The position numbers and the translations under genes were made by a program. The notes below the pieces were generated by a model. That model was not told the DNA's origin. It made no database searches and saw only the letters and a list, made by a program, of their open reading frames with translations. This document shows, one piece after another, positions 38,622 to 52,826 of a stretch of 64,000 bases of DNA (within the stretch, counting starts at the first letter, position 1; the number at the start of each line of letters is the position of its first letter). This DNA comes from Octopus vulgaris (lineage: Eukaryota), in the NCBI GenBank assembly GCA_951406725.2, contig OX597824.1:21576001-21640000 (forward strand), written 5' to 3'.

Positions 38622-39598
38622 CATGAATATATATTATATGTATGTATACATGTAAAGCACATACACAGGTTCATATAATTTCTGTCTACTGGCTTCACTC
38701 ACAAGGCTTTAGTCAGCTTAGGTTATTGGGTGAAGATACTTGCCCAGGGTACCATACATTAAGACTGAACCCAAAATCACATGCTGCCAAGTGAATTTCC
38801 CAATCCCACAACCATATCTGCATTTGTTAATATTAATACTACTAACATTTATTAGTATTATATTACTTAATAAACAGATGATTAAACCAAAAAACAAATT
38901 TAGTTCTTAACACAAAGAGTTCAGAATTCTTCAAAGATCAAGCACTGGAATGGTGTGTTTGTTCATCATTCACATGTTATTGATGTTTTATGAGGAAATG
39001 AAGAAAGGCCTGGTGGTATTTGTTCCAGCTCTTTATATTCCAAGCTCACATTCCACCAAGGTTGACTTCATCTTTCATCCGACCGAGGTTGATAAAATAA
39101 AGTCCCCAGTCAAATACTGGGGTCGATGATATCAACCAACACCCTCCCTTCAGAATTCTTGGTCGTTTGCTTTTGGACCTAAATTTAAGAAAACAAATAT
39201 GACTTAATTTATTCAAAGGCAGTGTCTGGGAGAAACAGAGTGTTGGAAGAAATGCCTGGCACTATTTGTTCCAGCCCTTTATGCTTTGAGCTCAAATTCT
39301 GCTGAGGTCATCTTCATCTCTCATCCCTCTACGATTGATAAAATTTAGTACCAGTGAAGTTGAAGGTTTTGACTAGAACCCCCCTCCCTCAAAATTGGGG
39401 CATTGAGCCTAAATTAAAAAATTAGCATCAGTTCTTTCATTTATTCAATTATTTATTAGAAATGGTAGATTTCATCTGGATTCATTTTTATTACCAAAAA
39501 CAAGCAAAATATTTTGTATTGCGTAAAGAATGCACAAGAATGTAGATTGGAAGAATTTCTAAAGCAACAGACAAAATGCTTTGTGGTATTTTTTCTAA

Positions 39599-39836
39599 GG
39601 CGGCGAGCTGGCAGAATCGTTAGCATGCCGGGCGAAATGCTTAGCGGTATTTCGTCTGCCGCTACGTTTTGAGTTCAAAGTCCGCCGAGGTCGACTCTGC
39701 CTTTCATCCTTTCGGGGTCGATTAAATAAGTACCAGTTACGTACTGGGGTCGATATAATCGACTTAATCCGTTTGTCTCTCTTTGTTTGTCTCTTCTGTG
39801 TTTAGCCCCTTGTGGGTAGTAAAGAAATAGGTATTT
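39599..39836 (+). mobile_element. SINE family C, young copy
   Basis: GGCGGCGAGCTGGCAGAATCGTTAGC head, CpG-rich, ends AAAGAAATAGGTATTT. Confidence 0.88.
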
Positions 39837-41661
39837 TTTCCAGCTCATTATACTGAGGTCAACTTTGTTTTCATCCCACCGGGGGCCAATAAAATAAAGC
39901 ACCAGTCCATTACTGGGATTCTTATAATCAATTATTATCCTCCCCCTAAATTCCAAGCCTTGTGTCTATATGTTTGAAACAATTATGTGAACAATGCATT
40001 CTTATAAGTTAATTTTTATTTTTTATTTCTAATGAAAATTTCAATCAATATTTCAAAGTAAATTGTCTTCATAAAGTGATAAATTTTATTTGAAACAGTA
40101 AAAGATCTTACCTCCAAAACTATTTGGAGTCAGCCAAAGTTTTAGTTTGTTCCTTTATTTTTCATGGACTTTCATGCAATTGTTACCATTTCTAGTTGTT
40201 TCTTACAGATGATATGATTAACCCAGTGAGGGCTGTGGATTGGAAGAATGTTAGTGTCAAACAAAATACCATGCAGCGTGTGTTTCGGCTCTTTACCTTC
40301 TGAGTTCAAATCTTGCTCAGGTTAACTTTACCTGGGTTTCACAAAATAAAGTACCAGTCATATACTGGAATCATTTTAATCAACTAACTGCAACCTCCAA
40401 ATTCCAGGCCCTTGTGCATATGTTAGCAACAATTACTCGGTGATGCACATCATGGTTCACGTGGACTGCAATCTGTCCATACCCAAATTTTGGTGGCCCA
40501 CAGTGAATTTTATGTCCTGCTGTTTCATTGCATAATATGACTAAAATTAAATGTATATCTGGTGGCCCATCAAGTTTTCTTCATTAATTTTTTTAGTGGC
40601 CAACCTTCTGTAAAAAGTTTATTACACTTTAAATGACCTATGGCCAATCAGGGCCTGTAAGAAAAGGTGAGGAGATCAGCTGGTACTTTAGTCTGGGACC
40701 AAAAGAGCATAAGAAACGGCTTCAAGACAATCTGTCAGGCACCAAGTACCCTAAAAAAATTCTTTTTGATAATTCTACCCACCCGTGAATTTGGGGCCCC
40801 TGAAAGCTCTTTTGCTCCCCCCTTGCCAACCCAATTTCTCTTAGAGGCCCTGGTGGCAGTGATCTCAAAGACAAAATATTCTTCTGAACCATGATGTTGC
40901 TGCCTGCTGCATATATTAATTAATTAATGATTTAAAGCAGTGATTTTGTTTTATTTAATTGTAGTTTCTTATTAATTAATAAATACCTCAGTCCAGTCTA
41001 AATTAACACAATCAATCAATATCTCTTTAAACTGAGTATTATATAAAAAAAAAAGAAGAAAAAAAACTGAAGAGACCTAATTAATAAAATGCAAGACAAT
41101 ATTTCACATAAATTATTAAAAATGAAATGTTTAACCAAACTGCCACTTTTTTTGTTGTTGTTGTTGATAAATGTCTCTTGAGCTTTTCCAAATCCATTCC
41201 GTAATCCCCATTTGCAGTGTGAACAGCAGTTCATTAGATTTAATATATACCTGTCATCTCTTTTTCATAGATAGGCGACACAATCCTGCAATGATCTGCA
41301 GGTTTACACCACATAGCCACCATCAGAGGTGGTAGGTACTCAATACCTAAATGTTAAGACCACATACAATCAACAAGAAATATACTGGTACATTAGATAT
41401 TAACTAACAGAATAAAGCCTTTAGCCCAACTATGGTAGCAGTGCTTGGTTTGTTTCTCCTGTGTGAATTTTAGCCAGCAAAAAGTAAAGATAGAAATAGC
41501 TTCAAGTGTCCCAAGCAATTATTTCAATTTTTATTTAAAACATGATGCTTCAGAACAGTCAGGGATAAAAAAAAGAAAGAGAAAGAAGAAAGGAAAAGTG
41601 GAAAGGCAAGATAAAAATGATATGCATAGATAAATATACATATATACACACATGTATATGC

Positions 41662-41698
<37 letters not shown>

Positions 41699-41719
41699 TA
41701 TATATATATATACACATAC

Positions 41720-41770
<51 letters not shown>

Positions 41771-41781
41771 CATATATATAC

Positions 41782-41827
<46 letters not shown>

Positions 41828-42342
41828 TAGAAAAAAAAACCACCTTTTATCAATTCAATAATGAAAAATTAAATTATAATATTTAGAAAAATTACATCTT
41901 ATAGAAAGATTAAATATAAGATAAAACATATAACAATGATTAAATAATGTGCATATATATGTATATATATAAACGCACACATATAATGTACATATATATA
42001 TATGTGTGTGTGTGTATGTAACAGTACAACTGTTTCAGTATCTTGTATCTGTTCGAAACAAAAGAGATACATCAATGTATTAAAACAATTCTATTGTCAA
42101 CCATTACCTCATTAATAAAAGGCATCAATTGTTTGATGAACCACCTATTGATCCCCTCCATTTTCTTATTGCTATATATATTAATGGTAAAATATCTCTT
42201 TACCTTCACCCATTTAATACACTCGGTAATGTAATTGCAATGCAATAAAAAAGCACTTGTGTATTAATAATTTGGTATTCTACCAACAGTATATTGGATA
42301 GATATTATCCCTTAGTGGGTTGGATTCACAAGCTCTAACTTT

Positions 42343-42390
<48 letters not shown>

Positions 42391-43105
42391 CACATACATA
42401 TACATACATTTATAAACATATACAAATACACACACACACATATGTATATATAAAAATATGTCTGGTATGTGCAACTGGGGCAGTATTTGATTAAAAAAGC
42501 CATCTATGTATCATACTTAATGTATACCCACAATCAATAGACTAGTTACTGGAGTATTTATCCTGATATACCTCTCGTGGACTTGCTGTGTTAAAATAAC
42601 AATAAATATCAGACAAAAATTCATCCCAGCATCAGCCTCAACAGCATTTCAGCTGTTTTGAGTCTTTTCAGTGTGTCGTGTGCTTGCATCTAGTCCTGTG
42701 CTCAGACAAGAATTCATCATCTCTGATATAGGAAAAAAGTAAATAAAACATTCACTGATTTTGCAAATAGCTTCCAAGCTGATTAAAAATCTAGTGTATG
42801 CAATTGAGGCTGTATTTAATTAAAAAAGCCATCCATCTTTCACGGACTAGCTTTATTAAAAACAATAGCTATCAGAGACATGAAAATTTGTCCAAGCAGT
42901 GGCGAGCAAACCTGCCGGTCCCTTTGTGTTCCTTCTTGTCAGCTGGTCTGCTGTCGTTAACCGTGATCACCATCTGTTACCCAAGGGGCTTTATGTTATG
43001 GTGTCAGTAGGTAGTATTTGAACTTAGAATGTACAGAGCTTAAAGATATATCACATGACTACAAGGTATTTCCTTTAACATTCTACCAATCTGGAAGTAT
43101 TTTAT

Positions 43106-43531
43106 TCATCATCATCATCATTGTTTAACGTCCACTTTCCATGCTAGTATGGGTTGGACGGTTTGACTGAGGGCTGGTGAACCAGATGACTACACCAGGC
43201 TCCAGTCTTGATCTGGCAGAGTTTCTACAGCTGGATGCCCTTCCTAATGCCAACCACTCTGAGAGTGTAGTGGGTGCTTTTACGTGCCACCGGCATGGGG
43301 GCCAGTCAGGCGGTACTGGAAACGACCTCGCTCGAATCTTTTTACACATGCCACCAGCACAGGTGCCAGTAAGGCGATGCTGGTAATGATCACGCTCGAA
43401 TGGTGCCTCTTACATGCCACCAGCACGGAAGCCAGTTAGCCGCTCTGGCAACGATCACGCTCGGATGGTGCTCTTAGCACCCTACTAGCTCAGCGCACAA
43501 GTGCCAGTAAGGCGAAGCTGGTAACGATCAC
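43106..43531 (-). mobile_element. SINE family D with internal repeats
   Basis: (CAT)n tail on the + strand followed by the reverse complement of 14424-14771. Confidence 0.8.
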
Positions 43532-44779
43532 TATTATTCTGACTAATGTTTTATTTAGCAATCATGAAAACTTTAAAAGCAAGGCTGACCAATGTTAGAT
43601 TTGAACTTAAAGCACAAAGAGTTCACACAACTAATTGAACAACCGAATATTTGTCAGTGAATCTGAGATTTATTTACTTTATACATCTGTGCATGTCTAT
43701 AGGCATCATCATCCTGTTTCCATGCTGGCATGGGTTGGACAGTTCATGATTGCCTGACTCATTCCTTATTTGGAGTTACTACCTTTCCTAAAGGGGTCAG
43801 AGGGCCCCATCTCAATCACATGTTTCATGATTTCATGATTGTTTTACAGCTCAATTTCCATCTTATAACCAACCATTTTACCCGAATGACAGCAAATTGT
43901 TTGACAAAAAACTAAGTGACTTGGATAGCATAAACAAATAACAACCAATCACAATATTAATCTGTACCATTCCTACGTGCAAATTGATGGCTGGGAACCA
44001 GGCCCATTCTTATGAGAGGGTTCTGAACAGATACCAAATTCCTCGTAAGAAATTTTTGCTGCCACATTGACTCAAATCCACCGCAACGGTTTCTAAAAAC
44101 TGAGTCAGATGTCTCTGAGGTGTGACAAATCATCATCATTTAACGTCCGTTTTCCATGCTAGCATGGGTTGGACGGTTCGACCAGGGTCTGGGGAGCCAG
44201 GAGGCTGCACCAGGCTCCAGTCTGATCTGGCAGAGTTTCTACAGCTGGATGCCCTTCCTAATGCCAAATGATTACAAGATATGAATTATAAAGATTTGTT
44301 TTCTCTAATTTTGTATATCATCATCATTATCATCGTTTAACGTCCACTTTCCATGCTAGCATGGGTTGGACGATTTTGACTGTGGGCTGGTGAACCAGAT
44401 GGCTGCATCAGGCTCCAATCTTGATCTGGCAGAGTTTCTACAGCTGGATGCCCTTCCTAACACCAATCACTCTGAGAGTATAGTGGGTGCTTTTTACGTT
44501 GACTTTAGCAGGATTTGAACCCAGAACACCAGTGCTAGAATAAATTCTACAATGGGTTTTTTTCCGATGTTGTATATAACTGTTGTAATGTAAGGAACCC
44601 CCCCCCCCCCGAAAACTAAATATTACAAAAAGCAAGCCCAAGACCCATTACACCTGGGTAATCAAAACAAGAAGGTCACAGTATTCAGTCAAGGGTTTGC
44701 TCACTCAGGGTTTATCTGGAGTTAAACAATTACTGTGCCTCTTGCCAACTAAACACTAATTACCAAATCTATTAATTTA

Positions 44780-45300
44780 ATTCTTTATTGCGCACAAGGG
44801 TCTAAACATAGAGGGGACAAATAAGGACAGACAAATGAATTAAGTCGATTATATCGACCCCAGTGCATAACAGGTACTTAATTTATCGACCCCGAAAGGA
44901 AGAAAGGCAAAGTTAACCTCGGTGGAATTTGAACTCAGAACGTAGCGGCAGACGAAATACCTATTTCTTTACTACCCACAAGGGGCTAAACACAGAGAGG
45001 ACAGACAAAGGGATTAAGTTGATTACATCGATCCCAGTGTGTAACTGGTACTTATTTAATCGACCCCGAAAGGATGAAAGGCAAAGTTAACCTCGGCGGA
45101 ATTTGAACTCAGAATGTAACGGCAGATGATATATCTGTTTCTTTATTACCCACAAGGGTCTAAACATAGAGAAGACAATCAAGGACAGACAAACAGATTA
45201 CGTCAATTATATCGACCCCAGTGCATAACTGGTACTTATTTAATCGACCCCAAAAGGATGAAAGGCAAAATCGACCTCGGCGGAATTTGAACCAGAACCT
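44780..45300 (-). repeat. Head-to-tail trimer of the SINE family C body (~175-180 bp unit)
   Basis: Three colinear units, each with CGACCCC.AAAGGA.GAAAGGCAAA..CCTCGG.GGAATTTGAAC. Confidence 0.85.
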
Positions 45301-46325
45301 AGCAACAGAGTGGATTCTGCTAAAGGCTCTCAAGGTACCAGATGATGGTATAAACTGAGCAATGGATTCAATCTCTCACCCAAGTAGGACATGGTGGGAT
45401 TTGAGCTCAGAACACAAAGACCCAGAAAAATCACCACTAGGTATCCTGCCTGATGCTTTAAGATTTACAGCAATCCATTGCCTGCCACTAGCACTTAATT
45501 TACCGATCCCAGAAGGATGAAAGACAAAGTTGACTTTAGCAGGATTTGAACCTAGAACACCAGTGCTAGAATAGATTCTACCATGGGTTTTTTTCTGATG
45601 TTGTATTGACTCTGCCAAGTTTTTAGAACAACAAGCAAAGCACCTGTTACCAAGCTAGTCATATTGATACCAGTAATACTGTCAGTCAACTGCTAGTTGC
45701 ATACTTGTCCTAACACTTTTATCTATCATAGAGTTGCCAGTATATATATATAAATATGTACATACATATATATATATATATATGAATATATATATTTAAA
45801 TATGTATATATGTGTATATATATGTATATACATACACACATACATACACAGACACATACATACACACACACACATATATATATATAGAGAGAGATTACAG
45901 CTATACATATAATAAAACACATATATATATATATATGTATGTAAACACATACACACATATATATCATCATCATCATCGTTATCATTCTATATCCACTTTC
46001 CATGCTGGCATGGGTTGGATAGGTGATTTCTGTTCTCTGAGATCTGTTAGGGGACCATACTTCACTTATAAGTTTCATTTCGGGCCTTATTTCTATAGTA
46101 GGGTGCCCTTGCTAACCTTATCCACTTTAAAGAGTGTTTGGCATGCATTTTCTTGTGGCCCAGCACCTGAGAGATTGTTGTGTTGCGTCTTCTTCCACAC
46201 TAGAGAGCACAGAAGTAAAAGAATGATATCCATATATAATCAGTGTGTGTTATTAAGCGACATAATGATACAGCCGTTTCCTTTGAGAAGAGAAAGAGAT
46301 AAAGAAAGAAATAAGCTAGCATTTA

Positions 46326-46620
46326 GGCACAGGAGTGGCTGTGTGGTAAGAAGCTTGCTTCCCAACCACATGGTTCTGGGTTCAGTCCCACTGTGTGGCA
46401 CCTTGGGCAAGTGTCTTCTACTATAGCCTTAGGCTGACCAAAACCTTGTGAATGGATTTGGTGGATGGAAACTGAAAGAAGTCTGTCATACGGCAAAAAG
46501 AGACCGATAGAATAAGTACTAGGCTTACAGACAATAAATCCTGGGGTAGATTTCCTTGACTAAAGGTGGTGCTCCAGCATGGCCACAGTCAAATGACTGA
46601 AACAAGTAAAAGAGTAAAGA
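46326..46620 (+). mobile_element. SINE family A lacking the central microsatellite
   Basis: Head and tail are colinear with family A; the middle is deleted. Confidence 0.85.
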
Positions 46621-46971
46621 ACTAAAAAATATTCATTAATATTTATGTGTGGAGAAAACCAAGGCGATAAGATGAATGAATATATAATTTTTATTTGGAA
46701 CTGGCAATGTTATAACTATTATTATTATTATTATTATTATTGTTATAAATTTGTGTTTACATCAGCTCTTAGTGTTATTTACCAAATTATCCAAACAAGG
46801 AGCTCTTTGAGAATCTGAGTGTTGTTTGTAAGATTGGAATAAATTCAACAAAGATACAAAGTAAATATTTGGAGAATTACCAAAATATTTCTATTAAGAG
46901 TTTGTTGTGCTTGTATGGTATGATGCTATGTATGTATGTATGTATATTAATATATATATATAGAGAGAGAG

Positions 46972-47002
<31 letters not shown>

Positions 47003-48521
47003 GAGGGTGAGAGAGAGAAATATATATATATACAAGGAGACAGAAAGAGAAACACATACACATACTCACACACACACTCATATATGCATGTATATTTCAC
47101 ACGTATATTTAACTATATACACGTGTGTGAGTTTATATATGTATGCATATTTGTATATATATGTATGCACACACACACACATATATATATATATATTTGC
47201 ATACATACAAATGTATTGTTTGTTTGTTGGCAAGATAACCAAAAAAGTAATCAATCCAGTGGGAGAAAATATATCATTTAATGAATACAAAAGTTTTACG
47301 TGAGCTACTTCAAGTTTCATGTTCAGATAATGTAATAAACAGATGGGTTTGAGTAGCATTTCACGCATGATAGGCAGATCTTGAAATGGTAAGCTATACA
47401 AACCCATCTGAACACACATATATATATGTGTGTGTATGTATATATATAAAGAAAGAAGACAAATGAGTTGGGGTTTACTACAGCTGTTTCAGGTGCATTT
47501 GTTATAGATGAATAAACCAATTACATCATGATAAAACCACTCACATACAAGTATGAGCTTGTGGCTTGTGCCACATTGTTGGTAATAGTTCAATCTTTAT
47601 GTAGTTTCAGGTAGACTTAAGCACCTTTTTGGCCCTACTTTCCTTGACCTTGTGGAACATTTAGGATTTGACAGTTCTGAAAGAGAATGCTGCACCAGCA
47701 ATTGGCTGGTATTCATTTTCAGGCTGAGTAGAGATGAGCAGTGTGAACTGAAGACTTGCATGTGACACCAGGTCCAGGAATTGAGCCCTTTATCTCATGA
47801 CCACGAGACCAACACACTTAACCATTAGGCCACATGCAAACACACACATTATATATATATATATATATGTGTGTGTATTACATAAATATATATATATATA
47901 TATACATATATACATATATCTGTGTGTTTGTATATATATATATATATATATACATATGCATCCTCATAATTATTGTTATCATTGTAACATCCCCTTTTCC
48001 ATGCTTGCATGGGTCAGGCAAAATTCCTTGAGGCAGATTCTCTATGGTTAGATGCCCCTTCTGTTGCCAGCCCTCACTTCTTTCCAAGCAAGTTAATATC
48101 TTCCTATTTCCTGACATGTTCTCACTGGCCATTGGAAATAAATAACGCAGCTCGTATGACTGATCTTCCTTTAAAACTAATATGTGATGTCAGGATAAGG
48201 AAGCATACACACACACATGCCCACATACACACACACACACACACACATATATATCATCATCATTGTTTAACGTTCGTTTTTCATGCTAGCATGGGTTGGA
48301 CGGTTCAACCATGGTCTGGGAAGCCAGGAGGTTGCACCAGGCTCCATGAGTGTAGTGGGTGGTTTTTATGTGCCACCGGCACAGAAGCCAGTCATAGTAG
48401 TGCTGGCATTGGCCACGTTCAGATGGTGCTTTTTACTTGCCACTGGCACAGGTATCACAACTACAATTTCCATTTGATATTTATTTTGATGTTGATGTTG
48501 ATGTACTTGACTCAATAGGTC

Positions 48522-48559
<38 letters not shown>

Positions 48560-51419
48560 CCTTTACTTATATATAGGTATACATGCAATCATCTTCTCTC
48601 AGTTTCAATTTACCAAATCCACTTACAATGATTCTGTTGGCTTAGGGAGCTTTTGTAGAAGAGTCATGTCTTGAATACTACACAGTGGGACTGAACCTGG
48701 AACCATGTGGTTGGGAAGCCAAGTTTTCAACTACACAGCTATACCTGCAGCTAGATGGCCTGGGTTGAATTGTTTGACAAGCTTGAATGGGTTGGAGGGC
48801 TGTGCCATACTGTAATGTTTACTTTGAACTGGCTTCTATGGCTGGATGCCCTTTCTAAAGCCAACCACTTCACAGAGTGTACTGGGTCTAAGGGGGTACT
48901 TGTGACAGGGGGAAGAACATGAGAGAGAGATGGTGATGATTCTTATCTGGAACTAGAGAGGTTAATCCTTTTGTTACTGTATTTATTTTGAGATACTCTG
49001 TGTTACTTTCAATTACTTTAAATATAACAAAGAATTTAGTAAAATAACTTGGTTATCATTAAGCTAGTGTTAGGAACATAAATCGTGACTAAGGTTTGGT
49101 GGAAGATTTTAATTCAAAACTTATGAAAACAAGACATTTGTACTACAGAGCTAGAAGCGGTTTCAGCTGGGCTGGTAATAAAAGGGTTAAATAAGATGAA
49201 AGGAACACAAATAGGCTGTAGCCTACTCAGGCAGTAGGGATTCTATGATCTGCCCTTGTGTGTGAGTCAGCTGGGCCTAGGATAGTGATTGCATAAAGAA
49301 GCTTCAGTTGTAATTTACAAAATATCACTTGAATCCTAGAATAGTATTTGAATTTTACAGGTTGATGGATTGGTAGAGCATCAGACAAAATACTTTGTGG
49401 TATTTAGTTATATCCCTTTGTGGGTTTTTTGTTGTTTTTTTTTTTTCTTCATATCGTTCAGATTCTAATAGCATTAATTTTACTGTCTAGCATCAATGTT
49501 GATGATAAAATTACCAGTGAAGTACTGTGGTTGATCTTATCGACTGTGTATTTCCCCCAGAAATGCGTGGCTATGTGTTTACATATTCCCAGTTTACAAA
49601 TAAATAATTATTTCATTTATTATTTCATTAGGCTTTTAGATATTACAAATATCAAATATTTTTTACAACACATGTTTCACATTAAATTAATGAAAAACAC
49701 CTTTTTTTTTTCTTAACTAAATAGAATTCATAGAGAAAATATAATATATAAGGAATTATATTTCATCAGTACAATTAAAACAGGGTTTTAAACTCTGGTT
49801 TAAATTTTTATAAATGCAATAAATTCTCATGTTAATGGATTTTGGATTTAACGGATTGGATAATAGTTATACAAATCTGTGCTACCACTATGGTTTCAGC
49901 AAAATACACAACTACTCTGTCAAAAAATGAAATAAAAATTACATATTTTTTGTTACAATTTAATAGAAAATTGTTGTATAATTTAATAATTTAGTGTATA
50001 TATATATATATATTGTATCAAATAATGTATCTTGTATTCAAGGCTTTTTTTACATCAAAAGCATTAAAAAATGGCCCCTATGTTAACTTCAGTTTAATGG
50101 ACATATGGTATTAATGAAAGCACTTTCTTCCCTGTTCAGTCCATTAAATTGAGAGTTTACTGTGTTGATGATTGTTAGTTATGCATAGATACACTTCTGT
50201 ATAGAACTGCCAAAAACTTAGTTCCTTAGAAACACCCTGAAACTAGTAATTAAACTGATTGGTAATATGTTCAATTTTAAATTGCAATTCACTAAAATGC
50301 TGTTGTTATGAAAATATTGAAAACATTATGCATATACTTTTACTTGTTTCGGTCGTTTGACTGCGGCCATGCTGGAGCACTACCTTTGTTTAATTATATT
50401 CTTATAATTTTTAAGTTTTAACCCCAACAGTGGTGTAAGCAGTAACTGTTCCAACTCCATTTGTAACTTAACCGATGAAAGAAATCTTTAGGTTTGTGTG
50501 TTTAATATTATTTGATTTTTGTGTTGGTTTTTGGTGCAACGTATGGTGTAATACATTAACAATTTGGTCTTTGATGTTTAGATAATCCTGCTGGATTATT
50601 TCACACAGCATATGGTTCCTTCTAACAAACTGACCACAAAATACCAGGTTATTTATTTCTTGTGATTTAAATAATCCATTCTTGTCACAAAGTAAAAGAT
50701 TTTTAAGTCAACTTATAGACACACACACACACACACACATATACACATTTTCAAAGCAAGAGATTTATCTTGCTGTGAAAAATATAGTAGTATAACCGTT
50801 TAAAATGTGCAGTGGTGTTCTGTGTTCAATCATTATTCTTTATTTTGATTTTAGCCATAAAGTACAACGTTGGTTTTTGAAGTTGGTTCACTATATAATA
50901 TCATCCGTGTGAAAAAGATAATCTAACAGTCCATATTAGTAAAACAAAATAAGAGCTTATGTAAGAAACGGTATTATGTAGCTTATGAGGTGATAAAAAT
51001 AAATATATTTGAATAATCTTCGTTCTGTAAATTGAACCTAACTTTGATTAAGTAAATGTTAAATGCTTCAGTTCTTGTTGTACAAGATGAATGATTATAT
51101 TTATTCAAATGGTTTAAACATCAAGAAAGGGAGGGAGAGAATGAGAGAGGGAGATGTGGGAGACAGGGAAAGAGAAAGAGTAAGAGAGGGAAAGAGAAAG
51201 AGAAAGAGAGAGAGAGAGAGTGATTGTAACATTAAAAATCTCCTTTCTAATATTATTCCAGCTGAAGATTAAACTTATAATTTCTCTTAGGTATTTGGGG
51301 TTTGTGTATATTCCCATGACTGTGTGTGTGTGTGTGTGTGTGTGTGCATATGCACAGACTCATACACACTCATATATTTGCATTTATATACACATACATA
51401 TGTGTGTATGAGTTCATGC

Positions 51420-51460
<41 letters not shown>

Positions 51461-51467
<7 letters not shown>

Positions 51468-51706
51468 ATAAGGGTAGAAATTGATATTAATCAATTAAAA
51501 CCAGTGGCCTAGCATATTTTTAAAAAATCCGAAGATTAAAAATTGCTTTACATACAAAATTTAGAGGACTGACCACTAAAAATGGACAGCCTATATGCTA
51601 GATATAGATGTCAAAATCACCATTTTCCACGAATTTGACGTCTATATCTAGTATATAGGCTGTCCATTTTTTTTGTGGTCAATCCTCTAAATTTTGTAAG
51701 TAAAAA
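51461..51706. mobile_element. Asymmetric fold-back insert in (TA)n
   Basis: Arms at about 51547-51618 and 51632-51704; a related single-arm copy lies at about 24580-24720. Confidence 0.7.
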
Positions 51707-52084
51707 AATTATATATATATATATATATGTGTGTATGTATGTATGTATGTATGTATGTATGTATGTATGTATGTATGTATGTATATTTGTGTATCACTAA
51801 TTATCAAAAACTGATTTATAATGACAATTTGGCAAGCTCATTAATATTCTATCACAGAAGAGTTGATATTAAAAGCAGGAATGTAATATATGATAATGAC
51901 AGTAATTATGATTATTATAATTATTACTCTGATTAACATCATCTAGTTGTTTTTCTATTTTCTAATGAAAATAGACATTTCTTATAAAACTAACACCTTA
52001 GGATGAAATGAGAAAACATCACCATTTAAATAGCTGTGTTCATTCTAAATTATCATAACATCAAAACAGAAATGTATTAATATC

Positions 52085-52137
<53 letters not shown>

Positions 52138-52809
52138 CTTTAGGAGATTTGTAGTTATATATTTATTGGGACTATATAACCAAATAGTTAAGAAGTTCTC
52201 TTCATAACCAGAAGCTCTAAGGTTTGAACTCACTCTTTAACATCATGGGCAAATATAATTTTTTTTTATAGCCTTGGTTTGACCGATACCTTGTGAGTGA
52301 AACCAGGTAAATGGAAACTGTACAGAAACCTGCCTAGTGGATTGTACAGCCTTGTCACACACTGTGTCATGCTGTTCCTACTTCAGAATTACATTAAAGG
52401 TACAGGTACAGGTATGTACCTGTGGAATGCTTATTCACGTATATGTTGATTCAGATAGAGGTAATTCAATTAAGCAATGGAAATCTGTTACCATCACCAC
52501 CAATACCATCACCACCACCATAACCTCAGTTATATATTTGTTACATGTATAATTGTAGTGAACAAATGAATTTATTGTCAGTAATTAGTAATTACGAAGA
52601 TATTGTTAAGGTGAACATAGGTAGCTCTGAAACTTACTTGCAATGTTTTATTTAAAATAGATTTTCTAGTTAAACACATTTCAAAGTGAACCATACTTAA
52701 ATAGATTAAATATACACCTCTTCAACATCCAACAAATTAAAAAGTAAAAGAAAATTGACTGATCTTTAATGCTTATATATTTTTATTTTCACTTATTATT
52801 TGTTTTCAG

Positions 52810-52826
52810 TTTGTACTGAACTGTAA
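52810..52826 (+). CDS. Candidate distal terminal exon, coding part xCTEL* in phase 1
   Basis: Long AG-free U-rich tract ending tgttttcag|TT TGT ACT GAA CTG TAA, followed by kilobases of UTR-like sequence. Confidence 0.5.

Noticed and set aside
41271-41331. Possible 61-nt exon (tttttcatag|...GTG|gtaggt)
   Set aside because: It has a stop in frame 0 and no convincing peptide; the splice sites alone are insufficient, though an RNA-seq check would be cheap.
1243-52233. Dozens of ORFs rich in YIYI, HTHT, CVCV, poly-I/L/N/M
   Set aside because: They are translations of dinucleotide and trinucleotide microsatellites, with no coding signal.
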